A DNA stretch of 64,000 bases from an uncultured Planctomycetia bacterium (GCA_964559135.1 CAZLGG010000006.1:8247-72246), one strand, 5' to 3'. Shown: positions 39,574 to 49,131, numbered from the stretch's first letter. The notes: a model not told the origin generated them from the sequence alone. Translations and numbers: made by a program.

Positions 39574-40092
39574 TCAGAGAAACCTCTGCACGATGTCGTC
39601 CATGCGCCCCATCGCCGTGAGAACACGGTCCACGATTTCACGGACGGCGCCGAACCCTCCTCGGGCGCGGGTCACGAAATCGCAGCGATCGCGGATGAGA
39701 GGTGGGGCTTCGGGAACGGTGACGGCGACTCCAGCGCGGTCGAGGAGAGGAAGGTCCATGACGTCGTCGCCCATGTAGAGAACGCGTTCACGGGCAACAC
39801 CGGTCTGCTCCAGCGTGGTTTCGAAGACGGGAATCTTGTCCTTGACGCCGACGTGGCAGATGTCGATGCCGAGTTGGGCCGCTCGTCGCGCGGTCGCCGT
39901 CGAGTCGTGACCGCTGATCAGGCCCACGCGGAGACCGGCCATCTGGGCCAACTTCAAGCCGGCTCCGTCTCGGACATCGAAGCGTTTCAAGAGGTCTCCG
40001 GACTCGCCGATGTAAAGGCCGTTGTCGGTGAGGACGCCGTCCACGTCGAAGAGCATGAGTTCCAAGGCGGCCAACCGCTGGTCGAGCGCCAT
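39574..40092 (-). CDS. kdsC: KDO-8-phosphate phosphatase
   Basis: FDVDGVLTD, FDVRDGAG, YMGDDVMDL, GGFGAVRE. Confidence 0.93.
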   Translation of the reverse strand: MALDQRLAALELMLFDVDGVLTDNGLYIGESGDLLKRFDVRDGAGLKLAQMAGLRVGLISGHDSTATARRAAQLGIDICHVGVKDKIPVFETTLEQTGVARERVLYMGDDVMDLPLLDRAGVAVTVPEAPPLIRDRCDFVTRARGGFGAVREIVDRVLTAMGRMDDIVQRFL

Positions 40093-41072
40093 CAGACGGC
40101 GCTCGTTTCGATCAAGTCTTGGATGTCCAACAGACCGACCAATGTCCCGTCCTGATCGACGACCGGCAGTTGATCGATCTTGTGTTCCTTGAGGAGATGC
40201 AGAGCCTCCGAAACCAGGTGATCCGGCCGGACGGACTTCGGCGCGGAGATCATGATGTCGCGAACGGGGCGGGTCAGGAATTCAGCCCCTTGACCCATGG
40301 CTCGCACCAGGTCGCCGTCAGTCACGAATCCCAAGAGTTTTGCTTCGGCGTCAACGATGCAGGCCGCGCCCGGTCGCCCCTTGGTGGCGTTCATGGCCAG
40401 GAGGGTCCCGTGGGTCGATGTGTCCGGCAGGACGGTCGTACATCGGTCGTCGCGCCGCATGATCTCTTTGACCTTCATCAGCTTCCGACCCAGGCTGCCG
40501 CCTGGATGGTAGCGGGCGTAGTCCTCCGGCCCGAAGCCCCGCCGCTTGAGAACCGTCATGGCAAGGGCGTCTCCGAGAGCGATCATGGCCGTCGTCGTCG
40601 ACGTCGGAGCGAGGCCCATCGGACACGCTTCGCCCGGGTCCCCGATGAAAAGGTGGAAATCGGCGTAACGGGCCAAGCGGCTTTCCGGTCGGCCGGTCAC
40701 CGCGATCATGCGAGTGCCGATGGCCTTCACCGGGTCGATCAAGCGGACCATTTCCGCCGTCTCACCGCTGTTCGAAAGGGCGAGGATCACATCCTCGGGG
40801 CGGAGCCTCCCCAGGTCTCCATGAAGGGCTTCCGCGGGGTGGAGGAAAAAGCTGGGCGTGCCCGTGCTGGCGAGTGTGGCACTGATCTTTTCCCCCACGA
40901 GACCGGCCTTCCCCATGCCCGACACGGCGACACGTCCCTTGCAATTCAGCAGGATCTGGACGGCTTGCGTGAACCTCTCGTCCAGGTGGGAAATGACGTT
41001 ACGGATGGCGGCGGCTTCCGCTTCGAGGACCTCGATGGCGTCGTTGACGGCTGAGTCTGTGTGGCAGGTCAC
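40092..41072 (-). CDS. kdsD: Arabinose-5-phosphate isomerase (KpsF/GutQ, SIS plus 2 CBS)
   Basis: GMGKAGLVG, STGTPS, HPAEALHGDLG, SNSGET, APTSTT, HPGGSLG, CBS pair. Confidence 0.95.
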   Translation of the reverse strand: MTCHTDSAVNDAIEVLEAEAAAIRNVISHLDERFTQAVQILLNCKGRVAVSGMGKAGLVGEKISATLASTGTPSFFLHPAEALHGDLGRLRPEDVILALSNSGETAEMVRLIDPVKAIGTRMIAVTGRPESRLARYADFHLFIGDPGEACPMGLAPTSTTTAMIALGDALAMTVLKRRGFGPEDYARYHPGGSLGRKLMKVKEIMRRDDRCTTVLPDTSTHGTLLAMNATKGRPGAACIVDAEAKLLGFVTDGDLVRAMGQGAEFLTRPVRDIMISAPKSVRPDHLVSEALHLLKEHKIDQLPVVDQDGTLVGLLDIQDLIETSAV

Positions 41073-41195
41073 GCGATGGCCCTCTCTGGAGAGATTCCGT
41101 TCATTTGGATTGTACGGGGGTGGGCGGGACGCTCTCAAGCCGAGGGTGGGGGAGGGCGCTTTGATCCTCCGGCGGCTGGGCTGTACCCTGCTCGG

Positions 41196-41879
41196 GTGAA
41201 CGAAACCGAATTTTCGGCGCGTCTGGAGTTTCTCCCCTGGATCCTGGGGATGCTCGTCATCACCTCGTGCGTGCACGAGGCGGGCCACGCATGGACGGCT
41301 TGGCGGATGGGGGATCAGAGACCCTATATCCGCACGCGATCCAACCCCGCCAGCTGGCGCCACATAAGTCTGATCTTCACGATCATCCTGCCTTCGGCGT
41401 TGATGTTGATGGGAGCGCCGCTCTTGGGTGGCGCGAAGCCCGTGATGGTGCGAACGGCCATCGGACCCCGGCGCATGGCCCTGGTGGCTCTGGCGGGGCC
41501 CATGGGCAACATTCTGGTCGGCGTGCTGTCGATCGGCGTCCTGGCCGGACTGCTCCACGCCCGAGTCCTCACGCCGAGTTGGCAGTGGGACCGATACTAC
41601 GTGTTCGCCCTCTACGCCGTGGCTCTCAACTTCATCCTGGCGCTTCTGAATCTCCTGCCGCTGCCGCCTTTCGACGGCAGTCGCATCGTGGCCATGTTTC
41701 TGCCCGAGAAGATCCGAAACATCTACTACAAACTCACGATTCCCGTCCTCATCGCCTTCATCGTCTTGATTCTTTTTTCGGATCGGCTCTTCGACGATGC
41801 CTTGGGCCGCTTCACTCTCGCGGTCCTCCACATCGTTCATGATGCGGTCCTCAGCGTTCAGCATTGGATCGAGCTATGA
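41196..41879 (+). CDS. Site-2 protease (M50) intramembrane metalloprotease
   Basis: HEAGH, ALAGPMGN, NLLPLPPFDG. Confidence 0.9.
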   Translation: MNETEFSARLEFLPWILGMLVITSCVHEAGHAWTAWRMGDQRPYIRTRSNPASWRHISLIFTIILPSALMLMGAPLLGGAKPVMVRTAIGPRRMALVALAGPMGNILVGVLSIGVLAGLLHARVLTPSWQWDRYYVFALYAVALNFILALLNLLPLPPFDGSRIVAMFLPEKIRNIYYKLTIPVLIAFIVLILFSDRLFDDALGRFTLAVLHIVHDAVLSVQHWIEL

Positions 41880-42664
41880 CCACCGCTTCCGAAAAAACCT
41901 ACAAGGTGGAGTTGGACAGTTTCGCCGGCCCCCTCGATTTGCTCCTCTACCTCATCCGCAAGGAGGAGGTGGATATCTATGACATTCCGATCGATCGCAT
42001 CCTCGAGCAATACATGGCGTTTCTGGAGATGATTCAGCAAATCGACCTGGACGAGGCGGGGGATTTTCTGGTCATGGCTTCCACGCTCATGGTGATCAAG
42101 TCGCGGATGCTTCTCCCCATCGAAGAGGTCGACCTTTCCGAAGAGTTGGATCCCCGGTACGAGCTGGTTCAGCAACTTCTGGACTATAAGCGGTTGAAGG
42201 CCCGCGGGGCGGCGCTTCGGGATAGAGCGGAAATCGCCTCCAAGCGCGTGGGCCGTCCGGAAAGCGTTCGTCCGGAGGACCATGTCGAGGAGGACCGCAG
42301 CCTGGAGGAGGTCTCGATTTGGGACATCTTCCGTTTCTTCGAAAAAGTCCAGTCCGAGACGACGATCCGCGTGCGGGCGGATCGAGTCCTTCGAGGGCGC
42401 CAGGTGCCGGTGAGGGAGTACGCGTCGCGTCTCGAGGAGCGACTGAGGGCGGGGCCCGTGTTCCTGAGGGAGCTCGTCGGCGAGACGCGGAGTCGCGACG
42501 ACTTCATTGGCTACTTTCTCGCCGTGCTCCTCCTCGTGAAGACGCAAATGGCGCTGGCGGTGCAGTCCGGCGAATTCGGAGAGATCCGTCTCATCGCCCG
42601 CCGCGCCGTGGGATCCGAAACCGCCGAGCAGGAAGTGGAGTTGGCGGACGACTTTCGGGACTGA
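41876..42664 (+). CDS. scpA: Segregation and condensation protein A (kleisin)
   Basis: FAGPLDLLLYLI, FLVMASTLMVIKSRMLLP, ELVQQLLDYK, FLAVLLLVK. Confidence 0.92.
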   Translation: MTTASEKTYKVELDSFAGPLDLLLYLIRKEEVDIYDIPIDRILEQYMAFLEMIQQIDLDEAGDFLVMASTLMVIKSRMLLPIEEVDLSEELDPRYELVQQLLDYKRLKARGAALRDRAEIASKRVGRPESVRPEDHVEEDRSLEEVSIWDIFRFFEKVQSETTIRVRADRVLRGRQVPVREYASRLEERLRAGPVFLRELVGETRSRDDFIGYFLAVLLLVKTQMALAVQSGEFGEIRLIARRAVGSETAEQEVELADDFRD

Positions 42665-42699
42665 ATGGAAGAGTTCCGCCTCGCCGCCGTCGAACGAAT

Positions 42700-43245
42700 A
42701 TGCTGAAAACCCTTGCCATCATCCTGGCCGGCCTCGCGGTGACCGCGGGGTGCGTCAACAAATCCGGCGTCACACCACGAGAGCGTCAACGTCGGCAGGT
42801 GGGAAAGAACCCCACGCTCCATCTCTATCGCGTGGAAATCGATCGAGAAGCGGTGCGGAAGGGAGCCCAACTCCTTTTCCACGAGCCCGTCGCCGGAAAG
42901 GAATATGGCGCCTATCGACGGACTCAGGGCATCTTCGGCGTCTCCGAAAACGGTTCATGCCGCTGTGAAGTGCGAGTGGCCGAGTTGGTGTTCGGTTTGG
43001 GTGGGCGCCGGGATGAGCAGCGGTACACGCTGCTCGATTTCTTCGGACGCATCTCGGCGGACGGCACCCGGGCGACCGTCGAGGGCGCGGCCGTCGGGAG
43101 GGGCGCCTTGGAGTTGAGAATCGAGAAGCTGGGGAAGGACGAGATCAAGGTGCAGCCGTATCTGAACGGGCGCCCAGGAGCCTATGTCTACTTCTTTCGG
43201 AAGCAGGGGTTTTCGAACTCCTGGGTACCCTTCCCCTACCGTTGA
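42700..43245 (+). CDS. Hypothetical lipoprotein
   Basis: Signal peptide MLKTLAIILAGLAVTAG-C. Confidence 0.6.
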   Translation: MLKTLAIILAGLAVTAGCVNKSGVTPRERQRRQVGKNPTLHLYRVEIDREAVRKGAQLLFHEPVAGKEYGAYRRTQGIFGVSENGSCRCEVRVAELVFGLGGRRDEQRYTLLDFFGRISADGTRATVEGAAVGRGALELRIEKLGKDEIKVQPYLNGRPGAYVYFFRKQGFSNSWVPFPYR

Positions 43246-43812
43246 TCAGACGCCTGCGGGAGTCGTGGGCGAGAACGGCCGAGCATGGGGGGAGTGCTGG
43301 TTCATTTCCGATCCTGCCTCTTCGCCATGGACATCGATGGTCTGCGGTTGATCCATGAATTGCTGCAGTCGAGTGATGAGGCGGACTTGTTCCCTTTTTC
43401 CCAGTGTTGCGATGAAGATGGTGTCGTCGTCGGCGACGGAGCCCAGCACTTCCGGCCACCGAGCCTTGTCGATGGACAGACGGACGCTCGGAGCACTGCC
43501 GCAAGTCGTCTTGACGACGAGGACGCTCGGCCCCGCCGGCTGGAGATCCTTGACGAAGCCCTCGGAGTCTTCGCTCTCGGACTCGCTTGCATCGTGTGCA
43601 CCATGAACCGGGAGAACCGCCACGACATAGCGGCCGTCGACCTTGGCGATGGAAAGCTCATGGATGTCTCTCGAGACGCTCGACTGGGTCGCCGTGATGC
43701 CCCGCTCTTCGAGCCTCCGAATGAGTTCCATCTGGTTGTGCACGTCCGAGGACTTCACGATTTCGAGAATCATGTCCTGGCGCATGCGCTTGGTAACGAG
43801 TTCAGCTGGCAT
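43246..43812 (-). CDS. argR: Arginine repressor
   Basis: RQDMILEIV, NQMEL, TQSSVSRDI, VVKT, GSVADDDTIF; AGGAG RBS. Confidence 0.88.
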   Translation of the reverse strand: MPAELVTKRMRQDMILEIVKSSDVHNQMELIRRLEERGITATQSSVSRDIHELSIAKVDGRYVVAVLPVHGAHDASESESEDSEGFVKDLQPAGPSVLVVKTTCGSAPSVRLSIDKARWPEVLGSVADDDTIFIATLGKREQVRLITRLQQFMDQPQTIDVHGEEAGSEMNQHSPHARPFSPTTPAGV

Positions 43813-44163
43813 GTTCCCCAGTCTCCTGCTGTGTGTGATCTACGCGGTGTGTCCCTTCCTTGCCCGTTTCCCCTGAGGTGACCGGGCGGGGCGCGAATGG
43901 CGGCCCAGGTCTTTTTTCGACTGCATGCATTTCTGGATTGAGACGATCTCGCGAATGATACGGGATATCCGTCAGTGGCCGCCCCTATGTCCCGCCGGAG
44001 CCGTCATGGCGGGAGTTGAGCGATTCCGCGCATCGAGCGGACGCTCTGCAAACAGTGGACAACGTGTCACAGAGAAAGAGCACGAGGAACCTCTTGAGTG
44101 AAAAGAGGTTGCAGGTATCTGGCGCCTCCGTCTCCGGCTTCGGCACGCTCTCTGCAATGAGTA

Positions 44164-44276
44164 GGGCGTCCTCCGAGCTTGAGGGCGATCACGACATCAG
44201 TCTTTGAAACAATACAAAGTCAGGTATGCGCTCCGATCTCGTTCGTGGTCGCCCTCAAGCTCGGCAGGAACCACCC
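44164..44276. ncRNA. Long hairpin / candidate structured non-coding RNA (family unassigned)
   Basis: 22-bp inverted repeat 44173-44194 / 44243-44264 (single G-U pair) around a 48-nt loop, in a 515-bp intergenic gap. Confidence 0.35.
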
Positions 44277-44327
44277 AGGGTTGACACATTCTCTCCGATG
44301 TAAGCCGTTTTCCCGGGGGGACGACCG

Positions 44328-44954
44328 TTGACGCGGACCTTGGGTTCTCTGGTGATTCTGCCGGTGCTCTTGAATCCTGGGCGGCCCGCGCCGGGCCAGG
44401 CGGCGCCGTGGTGGTGGGGCTCGTTCGAAACAGGTTTGCGGGAAGCCGCCGACCGGAACGTCCCCGTCGTGTTCGTCATCATCCGGGATGACGAAGAAGC
44501 CAACGAACGCGTCAGCGATCTCCTCGCGGGTGACAAGATCTTCGGCAAGGCCTGCCGGCACGCGGTCGCGTTCATCTGCAGCAAGAAGGACCACGGCCTC
44601 CGGAAGGAAAAGAACGGGCGGCGCAAGGTCTGCAAGCGGTTTGGCGGCATCCCCTGCCTCATGCACATGGCCCATGAACGGGACATGTTCTTGCGCCTTT
44701 TCGTGGGCAAGCCGGTCAAGACACCTCCAGTCTTGGTCTGCACGCCGAAATTGAAGGTGGTGAAGTCTCTCGTGGATGTCTGGGGCGCCTCCGCCCACGT
44801 CCAAGCGATCCGCATGGCGGGCAAGAAGATGGGCCCCGGATTCACTCGGGAAGAGTACGTGGCCGCAAAGCGGGCCCTGGCGTCGGCGAAACTCTCTGGA
44901 GGTGGCAAGACATCTCCGGTGATCTGCCGGTCACTTCCTCGTATTCGCTCGTAA
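44328..44954 (+). CDS. Secreted thioredoxin-like hypothetical protein (no CxxC)
   Basis: Signal-like N-terminus, WWWGSFETGLREAADRNVPVVFVI typical of Trx-fold N-termini; odd C-terminal tail. Confidence 0.55.
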   Translation: MTRTLGSLVILPVLLNPGRPAPGQAAPWWWGSFETGLREAADRNVPVVFVIIRDDEEANERVSDLLAGDKIFGKACRHAVAFICSKKDHGLRKEKNGRRKVCKRFGGIPCLMHMAHERDMFLRLFVGKPVKTPPVLVCTPKLKVVKSLVDVWGASAHVQAIRMAGKKMGPGFTREEYVAAKRALASAKLSGGGKTSPVICRSLPRIRS

Positions 44955-44998
44955 AGACCGTTGGCCTCTCGACGCCCCATTCCACAAGATAGGTTCCC

Positions 44999-45961
44999 AT
45001 GCGCATCGTTTTCCTCGGCACGTCTTCTTTCGGCGCGAAGGCTCTCGAAGGGTTGCTCGGCGGCCCTCACGAGCCCGCCCTCGTGGTGACCCAACCCGAC
45101 CGTCGAGCCGGGCGAGGGCGGGCGCTGAAGAGCCCCCCCGTCAAGGAGGCGGCGGCGGTGGGCGGCATCGAAGTGTTTCAGCCCGAAAAGGTCAACACGC
45201 GGGCGGCGCGAGCACGGATTCGCGAGGCCGAACCCGAGGCTCTCGTCGTCGTCGCGTTCGGACAGATCCTCCGACCCTTGCTGCTCAACCTTCCTCCCCT
45301 GGGGTGCTTCAATCTCCACGCATCCCTGCTCCCCCGTCACCGAGGCGCATCGCCGATTCAGGCCCAGATCCTTCACGGAGACGATCCGGTCGGCGTAACG
45401 GTCATGAAGTTGGACGAGGGCATGGACACCGGACCCATTGCGCTGCAGGCGACCTTGCCCGCCCTCCCCGGCGAGACCGCGGGAGCCCTCCACGATCGAC
45501 TGGCGCTCTTGGGAAGCGATCTCCTTCCCAATGCGCTGGATCTCCTCGATCGCGGCGCTTTGACTCTTCGCCCGCAGGACGAGACGCTTGCCACTCACGC
45601 CCCGATGCTTCGTAAGTCGGATGGACTGCTGGATTTTCGAGAGAGCGCCGAGGCCTTGGCTCGTCGCGTACGCGCCTTCGACCCCTGGCCCGGGAATCGG
45701 GTGCGAGTCCGAGACGACGGTGACCTCAAGGAGTGGACTCTTTCGGACGTGGCCGTCGCGGCGGAAGCCAAGGGTGTCCCCGGCGCGATCGTGGTGACGG
45801 ACGAGGGTCACCTTCTCATCGCCTGTGGCAAAGGGGGGCTGCTCGTGGGATCCGTGACGCCCAGGGCCCGACGAAAGATGTCGGTGCGCGACTACTTGAA
45901 TGGGACGCCTCTCGGCGCGGAGGCTCGCTGTCTCCTCCCCGAGGAGTCGGCGGAGTCATGA
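44999..45961 (+). CDS. fmt: Methionyl-tRNA formyltransferase
   Basis: MRIVFLGTS, VTQPDRRAGRG, VAFGQIL, NLHASLLPRHRGASPIQ, MDTGPI, RAFDPWPG. Confidence 0.97.
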   Translation: MRIVFLGTSSFGAKALEGLLGGPHEPALVVTQPDRRAGRGRALKSPPVKEAAAVGGIEVFQPEKVNTRAARARIREAEPEALVVVAFGQILRPLLLNLPPLGCFNLHASLLPRHRGASPIQAQILHGDDPVGVTVMKLDEGMDTGPIALQATLPALPGETAGALHDRLALLGSDLLPNALDLLDRGALTLRPQDETLATHAPMLRKSDGLLDFRESAEALARRVRAFDPWPGNRVRVRDDGDLKEWTLSDVAVAAEAKGVPGAIVVTDEGHLLIACGKGGLLVGSVTPRARRKMSVRDYLNGTPLGAEARCLLPEESAES

Positions 45962-47301
45962 GCGGGGATGTCCGCGCGGTGGCCCTGAAAACCTTGCTGT
46001 CCGGCTCGGAGGAGGGGGAGTTGCGCCGCGCAGCCTCCGGGCTGTCCGAGCGAGATCGAGGCCTGTTCGTGGAACTGGTGCGAGGCGTCCGCCGGAGACG
46101 AACGACTCTGGATCTCGTGTTGGCCGAGTTCGCCCGAGCCAGGAGTCTCCCCCCGCGGACGCACCTGATCCTCATTCTTGGAATCTACCAGTTGTTGTAC
46201 CTCGGTCGCATTCCGGCCCACGCCGCCGTGAACGGCAGCGTCGAACTCGCCGGTGGACGTCGCACACGAGGTTTCGTGAATGCGGTTTTGAGGGCTGTCG
46301 AGCGGGCCGCGCGCCCGGTTCAAGGAGACGAGGCGGAGCGTCGCGGTCCCGATCTCCTTCGCACCGCGCACGGCAGGGGGCTCCTCTTCGACCGGCCACT
46401 CTTCCCGGACCCGGCCACCGAGCCCGTCGCCTGGTTGGCGGCCCAAGAGTCCTTCTCCGAGGAGGCGGTCCGTCTCTTCACTGACGAATTCGGCTTTGAC
46501 CGAAGCGTGGCTCTTTTGCGGTCGGCCAACTTGCCGCCCGCCTTGACGTTGAGGGTGACCGCAAGGACGGGGTCCCCGTCGGAATTCGCCCCAGCCCTGG
46601 AACGGGAAGGGCTGCATGTCGAACCCGTGGAAGGACATCCCGAATCGATGTATCGACTGGTCGGCGGCGGGGATCCCGTGGGGACGGAGCTTTTTCGCGC
46701 GGGACGATTCACGATTCAAGGGCTCCATGCCGCCCGCGTCGTTCCGCTGTTGCAACCGAGGCCCGGGGAAAGCGGCATTGACCTTTGCGCCGCGCCGGGA
46801 GGCAAGACGGCCCAGTTGGCGGAACGCATCGCCCAGGGTCGTGTCTTGGCGTGCACCCTCGGCGAGAAGGGGCGGCGGCGTTTGAAAGGGACGCTGGGTC
46901 GCCTGGGGTGTGAGAACGTGGACATCGCCTCGATCTCGAAGGCGAGCCCCATTCCCGTCGTCTCTCGGGCGACGATCTTGCTCCTGGATGTCCCTTGCAG
47001 CAATTCCGGCGTCCTTGCGCGGCGCCCCGAGGCTCGGCAACGACTCGCCGCCGCGCCCATGGCTTCGTTGGAACGTGTCCAACGGTCCCTCCTCGAACGT
47101 GGATTGGATTGGCTGGCCCAGGGCCCTCGGGGCGCCCGCCTCGTCTATTCGACATGCAGTGTTTTCCGGCGCGAGAACGGCGATCTCGTCCGGGGCGTCC
47201 TGGAGGCGAGGCCCGGCTTCGGCGTCGATGCCGAGATCCGGAGCTTTCCCGGAGATGCTTGGTCCGATGGGGGTTATGCCGCCCGTATCGTTCGGAGATG
47301 A
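45958..47301 (+). CDS. rsmB: 16S rRNA m5C967 methyltransferase (NusB domain plus RsmB/Sun)
   Basis: NusB-like N-domain (GIYQLLYL.RIPAHAAVN), DLCAAPGGKT, LLDVPCSNSG, VYSTCS; follows fmt. Confidence 0.9.
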   Translation: MSGDVRAVALKTLLSGSEEGELRRAASGLSERDRGLFVELVRGVRRRRTTLDLVLAEFARARSLPPRTHLILILGIYQLLYLGRIPAHAAVNGSVELAGGRRTRGFVNAVLRAVERAARPVQGDEAERRGPDLLRTAHGRGLLFDRPLFPDPATEPVAWLAAQESFSEEAVRLFTDEFGFDRSVALLRSANLPPALTLRVTARTGSPSEFAPALEREGLHVEPVEGHPESMYRLVGGGDPVGTELFRAGRFTIQGLHAARVVPLLQPRPGESGIDLCAAPGGKTAQLAERIAQGRVLACTLGEKGRRRLKGTLGRLGCENVDIASISKASPIPVVSRATILLLDVPCSNSGVLARRPEARQRLAAAPMASLERVQRSLLERGLDWLAQGPRGARLVYSTCSVFRRENGDLVRGVLEARPGFGVDAEIRSFPGDAWSDGGYAARIVRR

Positions 47302-47397
47302 GAGAGGGTTGGGGCGAATGGGGCGTGGTGGGTATAAAAGGGACTCCCTGGACCCACGGTCCAAAGAGGATTCACCGGACTTCACGAGGAGCACACG

Positions 47398-47952
47398 ATG
47401 TCACGACGTTCGTCCCGCGGGCGGAGCCCACGACGCAAGCAGAGTTCCAGCGGCGCCTTGATCCTTTGGGGGATCGTGGCGGTCGGCGTCCTTGCCGTCA
47501 TCGTGGCGGTCGCCCAAAGCGGGGGCAATGACTCCGACGAGGCCGAGATCAAACCGGGTCCCTCGTCGTCGGCCGATACCGGCACCAACCCGGCGAACGA
47601 TTTCGACAAACTCGGCTCCGCTTCCAACGGATCTCTCGAACCCAACTTCCGGGCCTTGGCCAAGAAGGTCGACATGTCCGCGTGGACCGAAGCCGAAAAG
47701 CACTACCGAGAAGCTCGGCGTCTCAAGGCGGAGGCCATGGCGATCCGCCCAAAGAGCGAGGCGCAATTCAAGAAGATCATGGGAAAGGCCATCGAGGAGT
47801 GGCGCCAGGGCAACGCGCTCTACGATGACTGGAAATACGAGGTCGACGGCCTCCACGAGGATTTGATCGATAAGGCGTTCAGGAAACAGGACCGACTCGT
47901 TACGAAACTCCAAAAGGAGTTTCGCGGCTGGCTCAAGTTCGAGAAGAACTAG
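47398..47952 (+). CDS. Hypothetical single-pass membrane protein
   Basis: Basic N-terminus, one TM, helical C-domain; TATAAA and GAGGAG upstream. Confidence 0.65.
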   Translation: MSRRSSRGRSPRRKQSSSGALILWGIVAVGVLAVIVAVAQSGGNDSDEAEIKPGPSSSADTGTNPANDFDKLGSASNGSLEPNFRALAKKVDMSAWTEAEKHYREARRLKAEAMAIRPKSEAQFKKIMGKAIEEWRQGNALYDDWKYEVDGLHEDLIDKAFRKQDRLVTKLQKEFRGWLKFEKN

Positions 47953-47962
47953 CGAGGTGGAA

Positions 47963-47986
47963 CGGGAATTGCCGGCAGAATTCCCG
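47963..47986. terminator. Hairpin between convergent genes
   Basis: CGGGAATT-gccggcag-AATTCCCG. Confidence 0.4.
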
Positions 47987-48042
47987 AGGGATTGTCATGT
48001 GGCTCCTCGCTGCTCGTCCCTGGCGGTCGCCGCGGGAATCGA

Positions 48043-49131
48043 TCACGAGATCCCCATTCCCTCCAGGGTGGCATCCAGGTCGGCCAAGAGGCCATCGATA
48101 TCGTTCAGCGTCAGGTCACCGAGGTGACCGATGCGGAAGGTCGTCTCCTTCAAGTCTCCGTAACCCGCTCCGATCCGCTTTCCCCTCTTCAGGAGTTCGT
48201 CCACGAGGGCCGATGGCGAAAGACGTCCGTCCGCCAGGAAGACGCTCTCGCTGGGCGTCATGAATCCGGCGTCTGGAAAAAGAGGAAACCGCTCAGCCAA
48301 GTGGCCTCGCACCCGTTCGGCCAGCGCGAGATGGCGACCCCATCGCTCCTCGAGCCCCTCCTCCCTCAGGATGTGATCGAGTTGAACCCCCAACGCGCGT
48401 AGCAGTGGGATGTTCGTCGTGGCGGGGCACTGACCCTTGGCCGCCATTTTCCGGTAGAGCTGGAAGTCGAAGTAGTGTCCACGGCTCTCCGCCGCCGCGG
48501 AGCGATCCATGGCTCGCGCGCTGACCGTGAAGACGGTGAGTCCCGGGGGCAGCGCCAGGCACTTTTGGGTTCCGGCGAATGCGAGGTCGACGCCCCAAAG
48601 ATCCGTCTCGAAGGGGGCGCCACCGAGGGAGCTCACGCAATCGACGGCCAACAGGACGTCGTCGTAGCGCCGCACCAATTCGCCCAGCTCCGCAATGGGG
48701 TTCAGAACCCCGGTACTCGTCTCGCTATGCACCGCCGTCACGAGGTCGTACGCGCCGGTGGCCAACTCCCGGTCCACCTCCGCGAGGTCGATGGGTTTTC
48801 CCGCCGCGACCCCAAGGCGGGTTGCCGGCCGTCCGCATTTCACCGCGGTCTGGTACTGACGCTCGCTGAAGGCGCCGCAGACGGTCGATAGAATCTTCTT
48901 GCCGGAAAGATTGCGAACAGCCGCTTCCATGAGCCCGGTCGCGGATGAGCAGGCGACGAAGCACTCCTGCTGCGTGCGGAAGAGTTCACCCAGGTCCTCG
49001 AAGATCCGGCGCGTGATCGCCTCGATGCGGGGTCCTCGATGCGAGATGACGGGCTGTGAGAGGACGTGAAGGATTTCGGGTCGCACTTCCGTGGGGCCTG
49101 GAATGAAAAGATGGGGCACGTCGCGTTTCAT
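48043..49131 (-). CDS. Class V aminotransferase (serine/alanine-glyoxylate type)
   Basis: LFIPGPTEV, HSETSTGVLN, VDCVSSLGG, GTQKCLALPPG, FRIGHLG. Confidence 0.92.
   Translation of the reverse strand: MKRDVPHLFIPGPTEVRPEILHVLSQPVISHRGPRIEAITRRIFEDLGELFRTQQECFVACSSATGLMEAAVRNLSGKKILSTVCGAFSERQYQTAVKCGRPATRLGVAAGKPIDLAEVDRELATGAYDLVTAVHSETSTGVLNPIAELGELVRRYDDVLLAVDCVSSLGGAPFETDLWGVDLAFAGTQKCLALPPGLTVFTVSARAMDRSAAAESRGHYFDFQLYRKMAAKGQCPATTNIPLLRALGVQLDHILREEGLEERWGRHLALAERVRGHLAERFPLFPDAGFMTPSESVFLADGRLSPSALVDELLKRGKRIGAGYGDLKETTFRIGHLGDLTLNDIDGLLADLDATLEGMGIS

Noticed and set aside
43813-43960. ARG boxes upstream of argR
   Set aside because: TGCATGCATTTCTGGATT only loosely resembles the TGAAT-n-ATTCA consensus, and no tandem pair is present.
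44281-44306. TTGACA...TAAGCC as a sigma70 promoter
   Set aside because: The spacer is 14 nt and the -10 is poor.
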